NCBI GenBank assembly: GCA_035084275.1
Contig: CM068749.1
Coordinates: 14,570,001 to 14,634,000, forward strand
Source of the DNA: Hydrolagus colliei
Lineage: Eukaryota
Direction: 5' to 3'
Length of the DNA stretch: 64,000 bases
In this document: positions 51,558 to 64,000 of the stretch, piece after piece
Layout: every line of letters starts with the position of its first letter
How positions within the stretch are numbered: the stretch's first letter is position 1
Program-made: the position numbers and the translations under genes
Notes under the pieces: model-generated
Database searches by the model: none
Told to the model about the DNA's origin: nothing
What the model saw: the letters and a program-made list of their open reading frames with translations, nothing else

Positions 51558-52462
51558 TAGGGTCCGTCGATATGGAAATTTTCCGATTTAGATATATCGA
51601 TGGGCTCATATCGAGATATACCGAAATATCGATATTTTGGGGGGTTTTGTACTGCGCATGAGCACGCGTTCCGGGTGCGCGCGCATTCGGGGCCTATCTC
51701 CTCAGGAGGTAAATATCTTTCTCTCTCTGTGTCTCTCACTCTCTCCATCTCTGTGTTTTTCTGTCTATGTCTCTGTGTCTCTCTCACATCCCCCCCATCT
51801 CTACCTATCTGTATATTATCACAACAACCCCGTCTCTCCCCCCACCCTCCCCGCTGTCTCTCTCCCCCCACCCTGCCCCTGCTGTCCCTCTCCCCCCCCA
51901 CCACCCCTCCCAGCTGTCTCTCTCTCCCTCCCCCCCCACCGCCGTCTCTCTCCCCCACCACCACCCCCCGCCGTCTCTCTCTCCCGGCCCCCCCCTGCTG
52001 CCGTCTCTCTCTCCCGCCCCCCCCCCCCCAGCCGTCTCTCTCTACCCCCACCCCCCCAGCCGTCTCTCTCCCCCCACCACCCCCAGCCATCCCCCTTCCC
52101 CCCCACCTCCGCCCCCAGCCATTTCTCTCCCCCCCCCCCAGCCATCTCTCTCCCCCTCACCCCCCACCCAGCCGTCTCTCTCCCCCTCACCCATCCCCCA
52201 GCCTTCTCTCCCCCCCACCCCACCCCTTGCATACCTATATATTGTATTCGAGGACTATGAATACAATATGGCGGCTTTGCACCTCGGTCTGTGCATTGTG
52301 TATAGAGATGAGCATTCTGGGTCTTGTAGTTCAGTGTGCGCGCATTCCGAATTTTTACCTCGATATATTGATTTTTCGGTATATCGATATTTTTGAAATG
52401 CCTATATCGGCGTATCGATATGAAAACTATATCGGGTTTTAGCGATATATCGCCGGACCCTA
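51558..52462 (-). mobile_element. Non-autonomous hAT-type DNA transposon, copy B (inverted relative to A)
   Basis: Termini TAGGGTCCG...CGGACCCTA; perfect 8-bp TSD gcaaatac at 51550-51557 and 52463-52470; reverse complement of copy A over both ends. Confidence 0.92.
51825..52226. repeat. C-rich (+ strand) degenerate minisatellite inside copy B
   Basis: Repeated cagccgtctctctcccc units. Confidence 0.85.
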
Positions 52463-53237
52463 GCAAATACCATTTTTAAAAATTTCACACAATAATCTTA
52501 TGACTAATGTTAATTTATGTTAGAAATGTTATTTGGGCCTTTCCAATATATCCAAAATTATTTGGAGGAAACAAGAACTAATGAACTAAGATATTTATTT
52601 TAGAGAGAATATAGTTTAAAACACAATAATAATCCCAGGACAATGAAATCCCTAAGCAGGTAATGCCTTAAAACTAACCTAAAGGAACATTTTATTCAAG
52701 TTTTACATCTTCAAATACCTAAAGTCAGCATTAAACTTTGAAGATTTGACTCTTCAATCCATACATGATTAAGCTTCAATGTTATGAGCCTAGTATTCAG
52801 CTAATTTGATTTCTGTTCATCCTGAACATAACGACAGCATGCTACGAATGCCCTGCAGTGTGTCGCAGCAGTGGAACAAATGCTTTCTCCAGCATATTGA
52901 TGAACAAATGGAGTTGCAGATTATAATTCTGTTTTAAATACCATTTGCATAATAACAAAGTGAAGGTGGTCTTATTTGATTGTCACATTGTACATTTGAC
53001 ACCTGAGGGCAGTTCTCAGTTGAGCATCTTCTTAAACGTATCCAAATGGAAAAACTGTACATTTACGTGGACATTTTTTTCTTTGCTGCCTAACTACAAT
53101 GTGATCAAATATCTGGTGATTTCATTATCATTCCAGCTCTTCCAGATTGCAATTAGAAATTTTTAATAATTTAGATTTTTACAAGAACTCCTTGGAGAGT
53201 GAATAGTTTACTTCCAAACCATCAAGCACAGTTAATA

Positions 53238-53470
53238 AATAAAACCAGAAATTGGTGGGAACATTCAGCAAGTCAAGCAATATTAATGGAGAAAGGAAAG
53301 TGAGTCAAAGTTTTGGGTCCACTACCCTTCATTAGAACCTGAAAAGTTGGACCCGAAACGTTGACCCACATTCCTTTCTCCATAGATGTTGCCTGACCTC
53401 CTGAGCGTTCCCAGCGATTTCTGTTTTAGTTGCAGACTTCTGGCATCTGCAGCATTTTGCATTTTGTTTT
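53238..53470. mobile_element. Palindromic non-autonomous element, Penelope-like
   Basis: Inverted arms of about 80 bp (53241-53321 and 53348-53427); flanking direct repeat aagcacagttaata/aagcacaatcaata; cccttcattag and cccgaaacgttgac motifs resemble Penelope termini as I recall them. Confidence 0.6.
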
Positions 53471-54885
53471 AAGCACAATCAATAGTTCAACTCCCACCCA
53501 CCACTTTCACAGAAGGTAATCGTGAGCATCCATGAATATATTTAGCTTGAAAGGTAGTGGGCTGAACTACTCTGAAGTACCGGCAGTTCACAGTTTAAAC
53601 TAAACTTTAAACTTTAGCTTGTTTTGAGTCTCACTTTTGTTGATCGTATAGAGTTGTGCTATTTGCCGATAGTGAGTTACTGTTGTGTTTTCATCTGTAC
53701 AAAAGCCACAATTCATGGCAGCAAAGATTTCAAATGGGCTTTGCATGCATGGAAGACCTTCAGTAAATCACTGTCACCAGACACGTATTCTGTTTGTTTT
53801 ACAAGAGAGAATTATTACTGCATTTGTAGTTTGGGTTTTCACTTAAGTGTCATTTAGTAACTCAAATGATCATATTAAATTCAGGGATTTTCACTTGCAT
53901 GAGATACCGTTCCACCCATTCCAACGGTAAAAATCAAATTCAATGGCTCTGTTTTCAATTGAGCGCTATATTTATTCAGTTCCTATCGCTTCTTCCCCTC
54001 CTCAACGGCTCCACCTCGTGCCGATGAAACAGTTGGAAACCCCTTCAGAGTTCAGAGAGGAACTCGACCCCAGTTCCTTTAATGGTCCTCTTCCTTTTTT
54101 TTAATATTCAGGTTTTTGTTCAATAGCAGAGACTAGCTCTTGTCAATGTTCCAGGATCTTCTATTGAAATCACTGTGGTAGCTCTAACCCACATAAATAA
54201 TGCTTCAAGCTGTCTAATTCCACTTGATTTTCCATCCCGTTTTTTCCCCCCCAATACCGAGCACTATTATTTTGCTTGTATTTAACAGACATGCTCGTGT
54301 GAAGGCACAAATTATTTTATTGGTGAAGCAATAGTCAGTTTAAGCCATCTCCTGCTTACATCCCCCTTGGCTTGTTGATTTTCAGAAACGTAGAATGAAT
54401 AGAAATAAACCGTTTGATTGTGCCTTTCATTACAAGGTTGTGCATAAGAAGGAAATATTCTCCCCAATGTACATTTTTTCCCATCATATTCAAGTATTCA
54501 TTGCAGTAAATGGAAATTCTAATGCAGAATGTTTAGCATTGGCGTTAACCATTTATACCTAAAATATATTTTCAATTGTACTGAAAATATTGTCTGCCAG
54601 GCAAATGGAAATTTCATTAGTAAACCTGGTATTCTTCTTATATGATTTATTGCTTAATTATATAGCTACAATAATATGGTCTTATTGAGGTGGAATTGTT
54701 CCATAATGTGTTTTGGTTTCAGCAATCAGTTTGATGTAGAAATAATAGCACCACTGTTTAATATTTAAGCGGAACTGCCAACTGACATTAGTAAACAAAT
54801 TTGCGAGTCATGCCTTTGTACAGTACAAGATCCAACAGTATAAAACAGCAATCTTCATGGTTCTGGTCTGGGATGAGGAGCGATG

Positions 54886-55465
54886 TTCTCTCCTCGTCGG
54901 CCTCCCCAGCTCTTCCATTCATAGGCTGCAGGTCATCCAAAACTCTGCAGCCCGTGTATTATCCCGCACCCGCCTTCGCGACCATATAACCCCCACCCTC
55001 GCCCGTCTCCACTGGCTCCCCATCCTCCAGAGGATCGAATTCAAGAATCTTGGCCTCACCTTCAAGGCCTTACATGATCTTGCCCCGCCCTATTTAACCA
55101 ATCTACTCTCCCCCTACAAGCCCACCCGGACCCTCCGTTCAGCAGGACTTGGCCTGCTCCAAGCCCCCCGCCCGAACCGCCCCACCATCGGAGGCCAGGC
55201 CTTCAGTTTTTCCGCTCCCACCCTATGGAATTCCATCCCTCAATCCCTCTGTCTCGTTTCTTCCCTTTCCTCTTTCAAGGCCGGTTTGAAAACTTTCCTC
55301 TTCGACCGTGCCTTTTGTTCCACCCAGAATTTTTCGACCTCCCCTACGTGTTTCACCCCTCCCCGTACACTCCCCTCCCAGCTCGGGTCACACGCCTCCT
55401 GTGCAGCGCCTTGGGACGTCCTCCCGACGTGAAATGCGCTTTATAAGTGTAATTTGTTGTTGTTG
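54886..55465 (+). mobile_element. 5'-truncated L2-clade LINE (ORF2 C-terminus plus tail)
   Basis: ORF 54857-55432 has LQVIQNSAARVL, HITPTLARLHWLP, RIEFK, AFSFSAPTLWNSIP and FKAGLKTFLF; (TTG)n tail. Confidence 0.93.
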
Positions 55466-57137
55466 ATGTCCTATCCCACAAAACCGTGTTACCCTCTACT
55501 TCTCCCAATCTGCAGACCTTCTCGCTCCATTTGAACTGGAGCATAGATATTCACAAATTGGTTACTGCTGAACACCGCTCAAATGTTTAGAGGTTCTCTT
55601 GCCATCCTTCAGGTGTCGGCATCATCGCTGAGCATTAGTTGACTGAATAAATTAGTTGCTCCCTATTCCTGTGCATCTGCAGTTGGACTCTTGAACAGGA
55701 CGTGATGTATTTGATGTATGCATTCAAATTACAGTCAAGCCTGTAACTCCCAACTGAATTGGGGTAGAGTGACATTGGAGGACATAAGAATATATTTCAC
55801 AATTAAATATTGCCCTATGAAACAATTTTTATATGCTCTCCTACATATGCCAATGTAAAGTAAAACACAGCTTTATTACCAAATACTATCATTAATTTTT
55901 TTAAAACAAATTCAGTGCATTGTAACTGAAAATTATGGATGCTGCTATATTCAGAATATAGGAAATAATTTGCATTGTTTTGAAGTAGTTATAAGTCTAT
56001 TTCTTTCCCTCATTGCTTTAATGATCATGTAGCTTGGATGATAAGTACGCATCCTTGGCTTATCGCCAGTTGCACTGGGCATTCGAAGAATTAACACAGC
56101 TTGTTATTAAAAATATAAGTATCCCAGTAATCAGTAATCCACTCAATATTCTGCTGACCCATGCACAATGTGGTGCAGATGCTTTGAGGCAGCCCTATAA
56201 TTTCACAGTTTTGTTCACAGTAGGTGACTTACAAGCTAATTTCCCTGAGTATCCTGAGGGTCATTCACAACAATATTCGGACAATGTCCGAGGTAGTTTT
56301 GCATTTGTGCAACTTTTGGTGAGAAGGTGCGATTAAATAGAAAACATCTTAACCACTGAATACGTTAATCTACTCCAGCTAATATTTGGAGGCTAAGAAA
56401 TTTAACAAATGAATAATAATGGTTTGTAATATTAAAATGAAGCTTTAATGTTTTTTTGTTCGCTCATTACTGATACTGGGGCTAAGGTAATGCTGTATTT
56501 TGCAAAATGCTTTCTTGTATAATACTAGACAAAGATCAGAAAAAGTAATTATCTTCTGAGAAAATAAAGGGACAGGAAACAATTGTTATTTCTTGAATTT
56601 TGATTAATTTTACGCTTTGTTGATCACAAATAGCAGAATCAATGTATAATTTTTTCTTTAGGTAAAAAGCAGGGTTAAATTGCATTAGAAGCAATTAGCC
56701 TTGTGTTCAAGGTCAAATGCAACATTCACAACTACTGACACAATTCGAAGAAAGCCTGAATGAGAATAGACCTATGGTTTATCAAACCCATCTCTACCAC
56801 AAACAATCACTGACTTTGTTCAGTTTTACTTAACCTGGGAGGCAAATGCTCCCTGATCAAGTAAACTCCAGAATGTCAATCTAGCTTTATAGCACAATTA
56901 CATCTATGCCTAATTTGAATTCACAAGTTCCACAACAGTCAGCTTAATTATCTTAATCCTAGAAGTCTTTGATCATTTGTGTTTATCCAGTTATGAACCA
57001 GTATTTTCCTTTATGTGCGTTTTTTTAATCAATATGATCGTGGGTATTATTTGCATGTGTGATGGGATGTATTTGATCTTGTTGTAATATGTGGAACCTA
57101 TTCCTATTTAATATCAATGGTTTCCTTTTCTTTTCAG

Positions 57138-57245
57138 GGATCCCCTGGTGAGCGTGGAGCTGCTGGACCAGGTGGCCCGATTGGTCTACCAGGCCGTCCA
57201 GGCCCGCAAGGTCCCCTTGGCCCCGCTGGCGAGAAAGGTGCCCCT
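57138..57245 (+). CDS. COL11A1: Exon 42-equivalent, 108 nt, [36 protein letters not shown]
   Basis: tttcag| ... |gtaagt. Confidence 0.96.
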
Positions 57246-57649
57246 GTAAGTGCACTTCAGCGATGTGTGGCGTGAAACTATCAGTGTCACAGTTGGAAAC
57301 AAAACTTACTTTCCCTTTATATATTAGCTCTTCATGGTTCAGCAGTGCCTCAAATGTGTGACGTGCTTAAACTCAGAACTATTTCCCCCTTGCACAACAA
57401 GGGAAATGAAATGCATTTCTACGTTCCCTCGCACCTGAAGCTTTGAGGCACGTTTTTCAGCCATTGGTAAATTAGCAGATGGAGAAGGTATTTCTTGTGA
57501 AAAAATATTGCGGGTTACTGCCGATGTTTCAGATTTTATTTTGCAATATTGCCTGGGGAATCTCACATCCGAGCACCTTCAAAAAGTCAACCACTTCCCA
57601 AAACAATTTTCTTCGTTCACGGGTGGAATATCCAACCATACTGTGACTT

Positions 57650-58033
57650 CACCCTTCAAAGCTCTCCATGCCCTAGCCCCTTCCTACCTCGGTGATCTGC
57701 AAACCCTTAAGCAAACTGTCTGCTCCCTCCGCTCAGCAGGCTCTGGCCTGATCCATGTCCCCCACACTCACCTCCCCACCATCGGTAGATGGGCCTTCAG
57801 ACTCTCCAATCCCCCCCAACTCCCCCCTCCTCCACTTTAGAACTGCATCACAAATTTCCTTCATCTAGCTCCCTCCCTTGTCTCTTTCAAGACTCTTTCA
57901 AGACTCTCCTCTTTGATGGTGGTTTTGGCCACCTTCCCTTCCACCCTCCTTCCACCCCAGGTCCAAATCCCTGACTGTCCAATGCCTTGGGACGTTTCCC
58001 GACATAAAAGTCTGTATACAAATGTAATTTTGT
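57650..58033 (+). mobile_element. Older L2 3' fragment
   Basis: FKALHALAPSYL...LRSAGSGL is homologous to the 54886-55465 copy; tail gccttgggacgtttcccgac. Confidence 0.8.
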
Positions 58034-58065
58034 ATTCTCTCTGCCTCACACAAATTCATCTGTAG

Positions 58066-58287
<222 letters not shown>

Positions 58288-58368
58288 TAACCAGAGAATT
58301 CATTTTTTTCTGCTAAACGACTCTTTGAAATGCACACCTTCAGACTATAAGGTTATAGTGGAGTCATA

Positions 58369-58438
58369 GAGTCCTGCACTCGCCTTACAAGCGGGAGAAC
58401 TGGGTTCAATTCCAGAGGGCTGCAAGGATTATTATTAT
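58369..58438 (+). mobile_element. Internally deleted mini-copy of the tRNA-derived SINE
   Basis: gagtcctg-cactcgccttacaagcgggagaactgggttcaattccag is joined almost directly to the tail tgcaaggattattattat. Confidence 0.6.
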
Positions 58439-61336
58439 ACAATATTACAACGTAATCATTTCCAATGCACCATCAATATCAAAAAGCTCTGATATTTGAT
58501 TTGGAGAAATAGATTTGCAACTTTGCCTAGCATGAATCGGGATCTTTCCAAAAGGATGACAACCAATTTTTTTTTTAAAAAAAGATAAGCAATTGAATAT
58601 TGAAAGAACATAAGGAATTCTTTAGCGAGTGATGTGTTCAGTGATATGCAGCACCGGGACAGACAATGATGGGAAAGAACATTTGGAATTTGTAGCATGT
58701 TGCACTGAAACTCAAACAACTCAATATTGTTAAAAGCTGGGCAAAGAAACAAATACAATTTTTTAGGATGCCTTCCCTGCCCTCTGTAAGACAATCACCT
58801 CCAATGCGCATGCATGCTATTTATTAGTGATTTTTGTTTCTACTGGAATTTTGTGTAACATACATGAGTAAGAGGAGCACATGTAGAAAAGGAAAGAGAA
58901 GTATACAATGTTCAGTCTCCTCTCTTTCTGGAATAATTCTCATAACCTGGAACGGCAGAGCTATCACGGATTAACGAGAGAAAGATCTGAGAAAGTTTCT
59001 CTCCCAAGAACATTTGATAAAGGATGCTCGGCACATGGAGCACAAAAACTTCAAAAGATTACAAAATGGAATTGGACAAGTTCCTGTCATCTCAAAACAT
59101 TGAAGGTTATTGGATTTAGAGAATTATATATCAAAGGGATCATCTGAGAATTGTATAAGTGGACTAGATGGACTCTCCTGTCTAAAATGATTACAATGTT
59201 TGTACTGAAAGGCTTAGAAGAGTTAGGGAAACTTTTCTGCTCACTATCTTGAATTGTATGCAGCAGCTAGGGTTCCTATAGTTGCAGTCTGGCAATTATG
59301 ATGACATACAATTGTTTGTCAAGCGATTTCTGACTCGGCGGGCAGATGCTATTTGGTTTCTTAATTTGGTCTTCTTTACATAATCACTCAGTCAGCTTTC
59401 TTTCATACAACTGAATAGATTCACAACCGTTGAGCCATACATATAATCCAATCGTAATTCCATTACCTTAAATCCTCACCTCTTCAATAATATTTTTTTC
59501 ACTTCAGGAGCTAGAAATGAATTGCCCCGCTGAAAACACTTGCTTAAATCCTTGCTGTAATTTGGTCTCACTCTTCACAGTATCAGAGATGATACCATAT
59601 AATGGATGACTCTTTAGAGGACTTTAAACAGTTTAAAGGCTTGGAAGATCAATAATTCATTTTCTAGTTTTGAATAGATCCAGGATATCTCTTCATCTTA
59701 GAAATATTGATATTCTCAACTACTTATTCCCTCCAAAATAAATTCAATTCTAGCTTTGCTTTGGAATAATAAGAATGCTTTCCTCCCACCAGTACCTATG
59801 AGAACCAATATTTAAAATGATGAACCTCTGAAGAGAGTTGGTAATAAATTAAGGACTGGGACTGCACAAGTTGTATTGACTTTCCACAGTGACAACTGAA
59901 GCTTGAAATGGGGAAGGGTCTGCTGTTGTCTACTTTCCTCTAAATTTTACAATTTCTGTGCTTCAGTTTAGATTTGGCGCTATCCAAACCTGTAAAGAAC
60001 AAGGGGGTTACTTTTTTCAGGTTCAGAGTTCAATCAGAATAAGCAGTAGCTTTCCATCATGTTAGAAACAAGTGTCCCCTCTGGACCATAACCTGAACTT
60101 AAACTTTTATCAGTGCCACAATTCTGAAACAATGTCAAAACCTCAAGACAGCAAGTATTTTCATGCAATGCAACAATCCTAGAAATGTTTGTGAGATGGA
60201 GTAAACAAAGTTCTTTCACTTTTTGTCCTTTTATAAACAGGAATTGATTCACTTGATAGATCAATGCACCTTGCGGATTTAGTCTTCCTCATGTGATAAA
60301 TTCTTTATTTTAGTTGGGCTTTTAGAGAGTTAGTGAGTGGTATTCCTTTCCCTGAGGGCAGAAGAAGAAGAGTTAACCCATGTCTGTTACAGATGCATTG
60401 AATAATCTGTGAACCTTTTCCATTGGGAAATGGCAAAAGAGAAATCCGGGGAGAAAATCAACCTATTACAGAGCCAGTTAGTATTAGTTTTCTATTGCAT
60501 ACACATCTGATCCAATTGAGTACTGCAATGAAAGACCAAACACAAACGTGGAACATTATTTACACTCAACTCATTGGCATATGTGGTTCTTGAAATAGTC
60601 CTCAATTGAATTCCATCACAATTTTTTTTAATCCACATTTGAATTGAAAATACTGTAGATAGCTTTATGGGAACTTACAATTAATTCAATTTACTTGATT
60701 TATTCTTTCAATTATTAGAGTGTCAAAATAAATTGCTGCATTGTTTAGAAATTTCAGGGAGGGACAATGTACATTGTGGCATTTCAGAAATAAATTGGAA
60801 TATAATGGTTCTGCAACATTTACCATTTAATCCAGATTTGCTTGATCTTGAATGCACCTTCATTTCTGAAGTTAATTCTATCTATTTTAGCAATGCAGTC
60901 CACAGTTTAGGAATTAATATCTCAATTTCTGCTTTGATAGTTTATGGCACTGCTAGATGCTTAAACGTTTGTCAGATTCAGATTATTTACATGTACAAAA
61001 GTATAAAAGGCTGTTGATATCAGCAGGCACATTGTCTGATGGAAGCTGAAGGGAACACAATTTCCTGCATTTAAAACTCAGCACAAACGATATCAGACAA
61101 GTCATACTTCTTAACATTGTTTACCTGCCAATACTGGACTTAATATCGCAAACTAAGATGAACAATCAATACAGACCTACAAATTGTAGGATCTTACAAT
61201 TGAAACAGCATTACAGACACAGCACAATCATGTTGTAAAGTGCAAATAATGGTACTTCCATATTGGCAACCGTTAATAAGTAACAATTGCTGAATGGGGG
61301 AAAAATAGTTTAGTAACTATGTTTATTTTTACACAG

Positions 61337-61390
61337 GGCGAGATTGGTGAATCGGGTCAAAAGGGTGGCAAAGGCAGCAAGGGTGAACAA
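61337..61390 (+). CDS. COL11A1: Exon 44-equivalent, 54 nt, GEIGESGQKGGKGSKGEQ
   Basis: acacag| ... |gtaagt. Confidence 0.95.
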
Positions 61391-61833
61391 GTAAGTAATC
61401 CTACATATGCTAACCTACACTTCTGTTATGCCATCTTAACTGGGATACCTGAGTACTGCTAAACATGCAGTCACTCTTTTGTTAGTATAGACTCTTCAAG
61501 TTCCTTGGAAGAGGTAAGGTATTTCTAATGCACAGCCTCTCTTTCCACATTGCCTATACTACATATAATGTTGATTTCATATATGCAATTCTGTTTACGT
61601 TACACCAATTAGTAACCCAGTAATGGGCGCAGACTTGAAAACATGTTTGATTCCTCTGCAGAATGATATAGTAGGTATGGGTTATAGTGGGTGAACATTT
61701 TGAAATGCATACGTTCTCCAGTGCATCTAAAACATGAGCGATTTGGGGTCTAATATCTGCTCTAATTTTCCCTTGATTTTTATTATTTGTATTGCAAGTA
61801 TTTCTGATCTGACTTTTCGTTTTATGTTTCTAG

Positions 61834-61887
61834 GGTCCTCCAGGACCACATGGCCTGCAAGGTCCCATCGGTCAGCCTGGTCCTGCT
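61834..61887 (+). CDS. COL11A1: Exon 45-equivalent, 54 nt, GPPGPHGLQGPIGQPGPA
   Basis: ttctag| ... |gtgagt. Confidence 0.95.
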
Positions 61888-64000
61888 GTGAGTAATTTTA
61901 TTTATAATTTATGAGTACATATTGAAGAAAGAGAAGCAATAGTTCAGGGCACTGTCACATAATATTATGGGTAAAATTCGAAGGCATTTGGAGAGAAATC
62001 AATATGGGATATTGAAAAGCTTCACAGCTTTCTCTGGCAAAATGAAAGTTGTCTGATAATGACTCATCTATAATGTTTGAGATTCATCTATAAGGTGGAG
62101 AATTGTGAAGTAGTCCTTGGATAGCTGGCAGCAATACTAAATGAAATTTGCTACTCAAACTTGCTGGATTGTTCTCAAAATTCCAGCATCCACAGCCACG
62201 CCTAATCACTTGGTTATGGGGAGTGACTCTTATTGCACGCCAGCGATTTATTCCAGGGCACATCAGAAGGCTTTAGAAGTGGCGTTTTTTCGAGTCAATT
62301 AAAAGCGACGTTTCTCTAGCCTTCAGACGCGTCATGCCGTAGACAATAAATACACCTTTGCAACTGGAGAGTGCACATAATTAATTCTGTTATCAATTTA
62401 GAATGGATATGTGTCTGTAATTATTACTTGTAAGTGTGGCTCCCAAGTGGGAATGTTTTGCTGTAGCTTTGCACCCTTGAATTTGTACCATAGTTACCAT
62501 CTTGTCTCTCAAGTTTCACATTGCTTTTTAAAAAATATTCATGAACCAGTTATAGTTTTCTATTTAGAGGATTTTACTATTGTTAATTGTATTAACATAA
62601 ATTTTTATTAAGTATATTGTAATTAGTTCTCAAAGTGTTCTTGTGGTGTTATTGAGTGGCATTTTAAATTAGAATAGTACTAAAGAGTACTTGAAATGAA
62701 ACATTGCACTTCTAATTTCTCTCAATAAAGATCTAAAATAATTGAACACAAAATACAACATTGACTGGGATTATGGACATAAGCGTTTTCCTCATAATTA
62801 AGTAGTTAGTAGAGAGCGAGGTTGACATGTTCAAGTAGAATTTTGAGTTGGGCAGTTGGACTGTGTTAGCTCCATTGCTGATAACTCATTGACAAGGCCT
62901 TAGTGGCTGCTACACCTATTGTAAATGGAAGAAGTACAACATTTTTTGAGCGGTCCTTTTATTTCCAAACAGACCAATCATTAGTTCCTTCAGCATTAAA
63001 CAGGGATGAGAAACATGTCAACATTGGACTTTCCTCTTTTAAATGCTATCTAACTTGGCATAATTTATTCCATGCCTCCTCCAATTTCTTTTCTCCTCTC
63101 TGTCCCCCCTCCCTTCTAAGCAGAACGTGGGGTATAGTTCTCCAAGCACAGTCTTACGCTCCAGTGTCTTTCATAGGTCGCTGGTCTTCATAGATTGACT
63201 ATTTATTCAGGCATGTCTCTAGGTAGTGCCCACAATCTGCACCTTTGTGGAGGGCATAGTCATCTGGATGAGCTTTTGGTGTTTTATTCCTTCCTCCAGC
63301 CTTAGTTGTGAAAGTTAGAGTCTCAAACATTCACTCAGTTTTAGCCTGTAAGTCCATTTTGAAAGCCATTTCACTTCAGTTTTTTTCTAAAACAAAAGGT
63401 CTCCAGATTACATTTGAATTCAGAACATTTCCAAAAGAAGTAATGTTCTGACAATCTTAAGAGTAGGTGCACTTTTGAGCCCAGAAGTTAGCTATCACCT
63501 ATGAATGTGGTTCAGTACCCAATGTAATAAATAGAGCATTTTGTATTTGGGAAAATAGTTTGCTTGAGGTTTGAGGTCTAAACGTGCACTGAGGCTAGTA
63601 ATTTCCTTTATACGTACAGGCAATCAGTAGGAGCCGCGTACAGTGAATTAGCAGTGAAAAAATATACCACAAATTCATTCCCTCCAGGAATAAAACTAGA
63701 CTTTCAGTACCATGATCTGGTCTATGAGTTCAGCGGTGCACTTTGATAGGGAAATGTTAACAGTCTGCCACTCAATTGAAAACAACCATCACTCAGTTCT
63801 CCCAAACATCAATAGACGACACTGTGTGATGAATAGAGGCAGCTCTCTGAAGCCTGGTGCTGTAGCAGTACACCTGGGCCTCTATTATACGTTCTGCCCA
63901 AATTGCATTTTCAGTAAAAGTACACAACTGAATTATATTGTAATTCCCAGAACAGGTTTAAATGGTGCATTTATTCCCACCGCCACTATCCACCTGGGAT

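Noticed and set aside
51434-52466. Long overlapping ORFs (up to 280 aa)
   Set aside because: Same low-complexity artefact, in MITE copy B.
54857-55432. 191-aa ORF as a nested gene
   Set aside because: It is an L2 ORF2 C-terminal fragment with a fortuitous upstream ATG.

Overview
Vertebrate genomic DNA, most likely a cartilaginous fish (inferred from the repeat content: CR1 and L2 LINE remnants, Deu-domain and tRNA-derived SINEs, a Penelope-type palindrome). The whole window lies inside one + strand fibrillar collagen gene, which I read as COL11A1. I resolved 36 consecutive phase-0 GT-AG exons totalling 2184 nt (728 codons). Their sizes (42,63,75,84,57,54x5,45,54,45,54,45,54,45,54,45,54,108,54,54,45,54,45,54,54,54,108,90,54,108,108,54,54) match human COL11A1 exons 10-45 as I recall them. 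They encode the minor helix, the NC2 linker and the N-terminal part of the major triple helix. The gene start and end lie outside the window. The introns hold many retroelement fragments and three young non-autonomous hAT-type DNA transposons with 8-bp target-site duplications and TATCGATA subterminal arrays; two of them are in inverted orientation around exons 30-41. I see no second protein-coding gene, no bona fide RNA gene and no CRISPR array. I cannot demonstrate a new biological system; the best leads are transposon-derived RNA structures or regulatory signals and lineage-specific collagen substitutions. Exon numbers follow human numbering by analogy, human comparisons are from memory, and boundaries of old repeats are approximate.
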